Source: Blastocatellia bacterium
GTDB lineage: Bacteria > Acidobacteriota > Blastocatellia > UBA7656 > JADIYM01
Assembly (NCBI GenBank): GCA_044224215.1
Contig: JBGAKX010000003.1
Coordinates: forward strand, 329-64,328
Direction: 5' to 3'
Length of the DNA stretch: 64,000 nucleotides
Of this stretch, positions 58,789-64,000 are shown piece after piece. Under the pieces are notes generated by a model, which was given only the letters and a program-made list of their open reading frames with translations, was not told the origin of the DNA and made no database searches. Both the position numbers and the translations under genes were made by a program. The stretch's first letter is position 1; each line of letters begins with the position of its first letter.

Positions 58789-59904
58789 CTAATTCACAAA
58801 TCTTCGCAATCGCACGCTCAGGGCGAGCCCGAATCCCATAAACATCATCAGCAGCGACGAGCCACCGTAGCTCAGGAGGGGTAGGGGAATGCCCATGATC
58901 GGCATCAAGCCCACAACCATACCCAAATTCACGAAGATATGAAAGACCAAAAGCGCCGCGATACCCATGACGATGAGGGCGCCGAACCGGTCGGCGGACA
59001 GCCGTGCGATGCCGATAAGTCTCCACAGTAGAATGCTGTAAAGAAACAGCATCGCCAGCGTGCCGGCAAACCCGGTCTCCTCGGCAAGGATCGATGCGAT
59101 GAAGTCGGTGTGGCGTTCGGGAAGAAAGCCGAGACGGCCCTGCGTGCCCTGCAGGACACCCTTGCCGAACGGACCGCCGGATCCGACGGCGATCATCGAC
59201 TGGATGGACTGGTAGCCCTGTCCGCGGCGGCTCTTCGAATCGATCGATTCGGTCTGGCCCGACGCCAGAGTGAACGCCATCTTCATGCGTTCCTTCTGGT
59301 ACGGCTTCAGCACGAGGCCCCACGCGAGCACGATGGCGAGCGTCCCGCCGACGATCGCAATGACGAGCATCCGCTTTCGGAGCCCGCTTAGAAACAGCAT
59401 CGCAAGCAGCACGGGAAAGAATGTCAGTACGGTTCCCGTGTCGGGCTGCGCGAGAATCAGCGCGCACGGCGCCGCGACGACGACGCACGCAATCGCGATC
59501 TCCTTGAACGACAACGCGGCGCGCCGGCTTTTGGACAGGACCTTGGCGAGCATCAGGATCGTCGCGAGTTTTGAAAGCTCGGCGGGCTGGAAGCTGAACG
59601 AGCCAAAGTTGATCCACGCCTTTGCGCCGTTGATCGTCTGGCCAAAGACCAGCACGGCGACGAGCCAGAACAGCGCAAAACCGTAGAAGAACGGCGCGAG
59701 CCGCAGCCACTTGCGGTAGTCGTTGAGCGCAAAGACGATCGCCGCGACGATTCCCGCCGCGAGCCACACGAGCTGCTTCTTCCAGTACGGCTGGTCGGGC
59801 TGGGAGCTGTAGATGAACACAGTTCCCATGCAGACGAGCACCACCGGAATGACAAGCACGGGCCAGTCAAAGTCCCTCAGGCTTCTGGTATCGAACGAAA
59901 ACAT
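58789..59904 (-). CDS. rodA: Rod shape-determining protein RodA
   Basis: QPAELSKL, QPDTGT, FLPERHTDF, LLSYGGSS; follows mrdA. Confidence 0.95.
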   Translation of the reverse strand: MFSFDTRSLRDFDWPVLVIPVVLVCMGTVFIYSSQPDQPYWKKQLVWLAAGIVAAIVFALNDYRKWLRLAPFFYGFALFWLVAVLVFGQTINGAKAWINFGSFSFQPAELSKLATILMLAKVLSKSRRAALSFKEIAIACVVVAAPCALILAQPDTGTVLTFFPVLLAMLFLSGLRKRMLVIAIVGGTLAIVLAWGLVLKPYQKERMKMAFTLASGQTESIDSKSRRGQGYQSIQSMIAVGSGGPFGKGVLQGTQGRLGFLPERHTDFIASILAEETGFAGTLAMLFLYSILLWRLIGIARLSADRFGALIVMGIAALLVFHIFVNLGMVVGLMPIMGIPLPLLSYGGSSLLMMFMGFGLALSVRLRRFVN

Positions 59905-59919
59905 CGAAAGTCAGGCGCC

Positions 59920-62034
59920 TCAGGAGTCCGGAGCCCGGGGTTTCATAACCCCTTGCAACGGATTGAGATGCGGCGCCGGAGGCTCGCCCCCGGCAGCGGG
60001 TTTCTGGGGCTCGCCCGAGTCGCCGGACGACGTTCTTGGAACGATGGTTGGGACGGCCGCCGCCGGGACGTCGGGTGTCTCCTTTACAGGCTCGTCCGAG
60101 TCGCTGGCGCTGTCGTCGCTCGATTCGATCGCGACGGCGTCGGGATCGGCGCCTGCCTCGTCATTCACCGCGGCGGGCGCGGGCTCGGCGACCGTGCCGC
60201 GGGTCTTCCGCACGTACTCGGCGATGATGGCCTGGGCGATCGGTGCGCTCTCGATGCCGCCGTGGCCGCCGTGCTCCACAAGAACGCACACGGCGATCTC
60301 GGGCAAGCGGCCCTCGATCGGTTCGGGTGCAAACCCGACGAACCACGCATGCTCCTTCGCCTTTCCGGTCGCGCCCGTCCGAACGGACACCACCTGTGCC
60401 GTGCCCGTCTTGCCGCACACGTCAAAGCCGGGAACGTCGGCGCGCCGTGCCGTACCGCTTGTGACGACCTGGCGCATGCCCTCCATCACGAACTTGTAGG
60501 CGACGGGATCGATTGGAATCTCGACCCTGTTCTGGTCGTCGTAGGTGATCGCGGGCTGGGAACCGCTTGCCTTTGCTTCCAGCAGCAGATGCGGCGTCAG
60601 GAACAGTCCGTCCATCGCCACACCGGCGAACGCGTGCACCATCCCGAGCGGTGTCGGGCGATCGTAGCCCTGTCCGATGGCCGCGTTCACCGTGTCGCCG
60701 TCGTTCCACTTGTACTTTGGCAGGCTGAGGTCGTCGCCAGGCTTGCTCCAGCGCTGCTTGATATTCGCCTCTGGCACATAGCCAGGTGTCTCGTTCGGAA
60801 GGTCGATGCCGGTCTTGCGGCCGAGACCCATCGCCGAGGCCCACTTGTGGATCTTGTCGACGCCAAGCCGCAAACCGACCCGGTAGAAGTAGCCGTTGCA
60901 GCTGATCGCGATCGCGTGCTCGAGGTTCGGTGCGCCGTGTGAACCGTGGCACGCGGCAAAACGGCTCCCGATCTGGATGCCGCCGCCGCACGGAATCCCT
61001 TCCTGGGGTTTCATCGCGCCCTCGGACAGACCGGCGACGGCCATTATGATCTTCCACGTCGATCCCGGCGGGTAGATGTCCTGAATCGCTCGGTTCAACA
61101 ACGGCTTGTCGGGGTTGTCGCGCAGCGTCGCGTAATCCTGCGGCGAGATGCCGCTGGCGAACAGGTTCGGGTCGTAGCTCGGGTGACTCACCATCGCGAG
61201 GACCTCGCCGGTGCGAGGATCGAGTGCAATCGCGGTCCCGTCCAGCTTGGTCTCCGACAGCTTCTGCTCGGCGACCATCTGCAGGTCGAGATCGATCGTC
61301 GTTCGAAGGTCCTGCCCCGGAATCGGATCGATGGTCTCGATCTCGTCGACCGTTCGTCCGCGACTGTCGACGACGACCCGGCGCATGCCCTCCTTGCCCA
61401 TCAGGATCTGGTTGTGCGATCGCTCGATTCCGGCCTGGCCGACGACGTCGCCCGCGCGCGCGCCGCTGAACTCCGGCAGTTCGGCCTTGAGCTGCGGATC
61501 CGAAATCTGACCGACGTACCCGAGGACGTGGCCCAGCACGGGACCGAGCGGGTAGATGCGCTGCGGCTGCAACTCGACGCGGAGCTCGGGATATTCGAAC
61601 TCGTGCGCCTCCACCCACGCGCGGTCTGCCTCGGTGATGTTCTGCTTGATGACGACGGGACGCGACTTCGGGGCGAGCGGATCGTCGATCTGCCGCCGGG
61701 CCCAGTCGGCGTCGACGCCGAGATCCTTGCCGAGCACGTCGAGCAGGTTGCCGAGTGTGTCCTTCTTGAGGTCTTCGCGGTTGACGATCAGGTTGAACGC
61801 CGGCCGGCTGTCGACGAGGATGCGGTCGTATCGGTCCAGGATGTTGCCGCGCGCGGCCGGGATCGGGATGTCGCGGATGCGATTCTCTTCGGCGGCGGCC
61901 AGGTACGAGTCGTGGTTGACGACCTGAAGGACCCAGAACCGGGCGCCGAGTATGAGAAACACGGCCAGCGTGACGTACTGGATCGCGCTCAGGCGACTGT
62001 CGAAATTCTGTGTCTCGTCGTTGAAACGGCTCAT
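59920..62034 (-). CDS. mrdA: Penicillin-binding protein 2
   Basis: YPPGSTWK, SCN, KTGTAQ, VEHGG.G; mre cluster position. Confidence 0.95.
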   Translation of the reverse strand: MSRFNDETQNFDSRLSAIQYVTLAVFLILGARFWVLQVVNHDSYLAAAEENRIRDIPIPAARGNILDRYDRILVDSRPAFNLIVNREDLKKDTLGNLLDVLGKDLGVDADWARRQIDDPLAPKSRPVVIKQNITEADRAWVEAHEFEYPELRVELQPQRIYPLGPVLGHVLGYVGQISDPQLKAELPEFSGARAGDVVGQAGIERSHNQILMGKEGMRRVVVDSRGRTVDEIETIDPIPGQDLRTTIDLDLQMVAEQKLSETKLDGTAIALDPRTGEVLAMVSHPSYDPNLFASGISPQDYATLRDNPDKPLLNRAIQDIYPPGSTWKIIMAVAGLSEGAMKPQEGIPCGGGIQIGSRFAACHGSHGAPNLEHAIAISCNGYFYRVGLRLGVDKIHKWASAMGLGRKTGIDLPNETPGYVPEANIKQRWSKPGDDLSLPKYKWNDGDTVNAAIGQGYDRPTPLGMVHAFAGVAMDGLFLTPHLLLEAKASGSQPAITYDDQNRVEIPIDPVAYKFVMEGMRQVVTSGTARRADVPGFDVCGKTGTAQVVSVRTGATGKAKEHAWFVGFAPEPIEGRLPEIAVCVLVEHGGHGGIESAPIAQAIIAEYVRKTRGTVAEPAPAAVNDEAGADPDAVAIESSDDSASDSDEPVKETPDVPAAAVPTIVPRTSSGDSGEPQKPAAGGEPPAPHLNPLQGVMKPRAPDS

Positions 62035-62066
62035 GTCGTTCTTCGTCGGTCGGTCGACGCGCCCCT

Positions 62067-62600
62067 CTAGTCGTAGAACCTGCGCTGGACTCGCATCTGC
62101 CCCCGTCGCGACTGCTCGGGGAATACCCGGTCGAGCACCCAGAACAGCGCGGCGCCGAGCACGACGTTCGCCGCAGCGCCGAAAAGAACCTTCATCGCAA
62201 GGACCTGGGGTGTCGCTTCGCTCGTCAGCGACTGACCCATGAGGTTGTGCAGGCCGATGAACAGGGCGCTGTCGACCAGCGATGACAGCGCGATGACGAT
62301 CACTCGCACGAGCGGTCCCTCGAGCGTGAACCGCACCGCGATCGAAGCAATGAGAAAACCGATGAGCGTCTTCGAGAAGCCGCCGACGCCGATGACCGGA
62401 CCGGCCCCCGGCGCGAGGTCCGCGCCAAAGCCCGCGACGTATCCCGTCACCATGCCGGTCACGGGATCTCGCATGAGTGCAAAGTATATCGTCACGAGCA
62501 ACGCGAGATCGACATATCGGAATGGCGCCCAGTATCGCGAGATGAGGCTCTCGAGAATAATCGCGACCGCGATGACGAGAATGATCTTGAGGTAGAACAC
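62067..62600 (-). CDS. mreD: Rod shape-determining protein MreD
   Basis: Small multi-TM protein between mreC and mrdA. Confidence 0.85.
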   Translation of the reverse strand: MFYLKIILVIAVAIILESLISRYWAPFRYVDLALLVTIYFALMRDPVTGMVTGYVAGFGADLAPGAGPVIGVGGFSKTLIGFLIASIAVRFTLEGPLVRVIVIALSSLVDSALFIGLHNLMGQSLTSEATPQVLAMKVLFGAAANVVLGAALFWVLDRVFPEQSRRGQMRVQRRFYD

Positions 62601-62615
62601 GTCGGTAGTGAACCG

Positions 62616-63491
62616 CTACTTGACCGTGTCGGGCGTTGAGAGATCGACGGGGTCCACGAGCAGGATCATGACCACTTCGACGCGGTCGAGATCCGCCGCG
62701 GTGCGGATGGTGATGTCGTGCGGGCTCGCGCCCGCGCCCGGGGCGACGTCGGTGACGTAGCCGATCAGGATCCCAGCCGGATAGATGCGGTCGAGTCCCG
62801 ACGTGAGTACCGGCTCTCCGGTGTCGACGACCTCGAGGCTCGAGATGCTCTTCATGCGGCAGGTGCCGTCGCCTCGTCCTTTGAGTTCGCCAGCGGCGCG
62901 CGACGTCGTGAGCCGTCCGCCGACGCCGGCGTGCTCGTCGCTGATCAGCTGGATCTGCGCCGCGTGCGCGCCGACCGACGTCACTCTGCCGACGAGCCCG
63001 TCAGGTGTGACGACGGGCTGATTCGGCTTGATGCCATCGAGCGATCCCTTGTTGACGACCAGCCGCTTGAACCAGACGTTTGCGTCGCGCGCGACGACCT
63101 CGGCCGTGACCGAGTCGTATCGGAGCAGCGGTTTCAGGTCGAGCTCGCGACGCAACCGGTCGTTCTCGGCCGACAGCGCCCGTGCGCTTTCGATCTCGGC
63201 GCGCAGTTGGGCGTTCTCGGCTTCGAGCGCGGTGTTGCGGTCGCGAACGCCGCGCAGATCGACGTATCCGGACCAGAACGACCCGATCCCCGAAAACCCC
63301 GAGCCGAGCGCCGACTGGATGGGCGTCACGATCGTCAGCATCCACGACTTCAGGATGGACTGCTCGTTTCCGTCGGCGCCCGCGGCGCTCCGCGCGGTCA
63401 GCGCCATGGTCAGCAGTTGCGACGCCAGCAGGGCGACGAGGAGGTAGGGGGCGTATTTTTGCTTTGTCTGCCGTTCGCTCGCGCGCGACAT
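62616..63491 (-). CDS. mreC: Rod shape-determining protein MreC
   Basis: TM, coiled coil (ENAQLR, ENDRLR), GLVGRV, TSGL..IYP.G. Confidence 0.93.
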   Translation of the reverse strand: MSRASERQTKQKYAPYLLVALLASQLLTMALTARSAAGADGNEQSILKSWMLTIVTPIQSALGSGFSGIGSFWSGYVDLRGVRDRNTALEAENAQLRAEIESARALSAENDRLRRELDLKPLLRYDSVTAEVVARDANVWFKRLVVNKGSLDGIKPNQPVVTPDGLVGRVTSVGAHAAQIQLISDEHAGVGGRLTTSRAAGELKGRGDGTCRMKSISSLEVVDTGEPVLTSGLDRIYPAGILIGYVTDVAPGAGASPHDITIRTAADLDRVEVVMILLVDPVDLSTPDTVK

Positions 63492-63518
63492 GGCTCCCCC
63501 GACCGTAGATGCCTACGA

Positions 63519-64000
63519 CTAGCTGTGGTGCAGTACCGTGTTCTCGAGGCACACCCGGTCGAGCAGATTGACGTCGTCGAGCATCTTGCCCGTGCCGAGC
63601 ACGACCGAAGAGAGCGGATTCTCGGCCAGCGTCACCGGAACGCCCGTCTCGTGCATCAGGCGCCGGTCGAGGCTCTTGAGCAGCGCTCCGCCGCCCGTCA
63701 GCACGATGCCGCGCTCGGCGATATCGGCGGACAGTTCGGGAGGCGTCCGCTCCAGCGCGACGCGAACTGCGTTGACGATCGTGACGATCGGGTCCGAGAG
63801 CGCCTCGCGGACCTCTTCGTCCGTGATGGTGATCGTTCGCGGCACGCCCTCGATCAGGTTGCGCCCCTTGATCTCCATCGAGATGGGTTCGTCGAGCGTG
63901 TACGCGCTGCCGAGCTGCATCTTGACCTGTTCGGCCGTTCGCTCGCCGATCAGCAGGTTATATTTCCGCTTGATGTACTGAATGATGTATTCGTCGAGCT
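63519..64000 (-). CDS. mreB: MreB, C-terminal part (5' end outside the window)
   Basis: IGERTAEQVK, LERTPPELSADI, LTGGGALL. Confidence 0.95.
   Translation of the reverse strand, partial: LDEYIIQYIKRKYNLLIGERTAEQVKMQLGSAYTLDEPISMEIKGRNLIEGVPRTITITDEEVREALSDPIVTIVNAVRVALERTPPELSADIAERGIVLTGGGALLKSLDRRLMHETGVPVTLAENPLSSVVLGTGKMLDDVNLLDRVCLENTVLHHS

Overview
High-GC bacterial chromosome segment, probably Acidobacteriota (Blastocatellia-like). This is an inference from gene content, the RNase E/G architecture and the repeat families. Housekeeping blocks: a lemA/TPM operon, the dcw cluster mraZ to ftsZ, trpCFB, tRNA-Leu-tig-clpP-clpX-lon, and mreBCD-mrdA-rodA-radical SAM-rne. Accessory parts: (i) a TetR-led operon for a 4-hydroxybenzoyl-CoA-reductase-like molybdoenzyme, whose two XdhC half-genes flank a ~1900-aa Ser/Thr kinase-STAND ATPase-TPR-(family-5 solute-binding domain)x2 protein, the most novel item here; (ii) a region at 46.4-52.8 kb with a truncated lon abutting a frameshifted methyltransferase paralog, a TetR/DCC1 operon, a methyltransferase-FG-GAP fusion, a GT2 and a secreted SnoaL-truncated globin fusion. 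Several REP/MITE-like repeat families and a short-variable-arm tRNA-Leu(UAG) are present. Compensated frameshifts (murG, rne), a 42-nt clpX duplication and the lon junction suggest a noisy consensus or misassembly, so those lesions may be artefacts. All calls come from motif recognition by eye; no database search was run.
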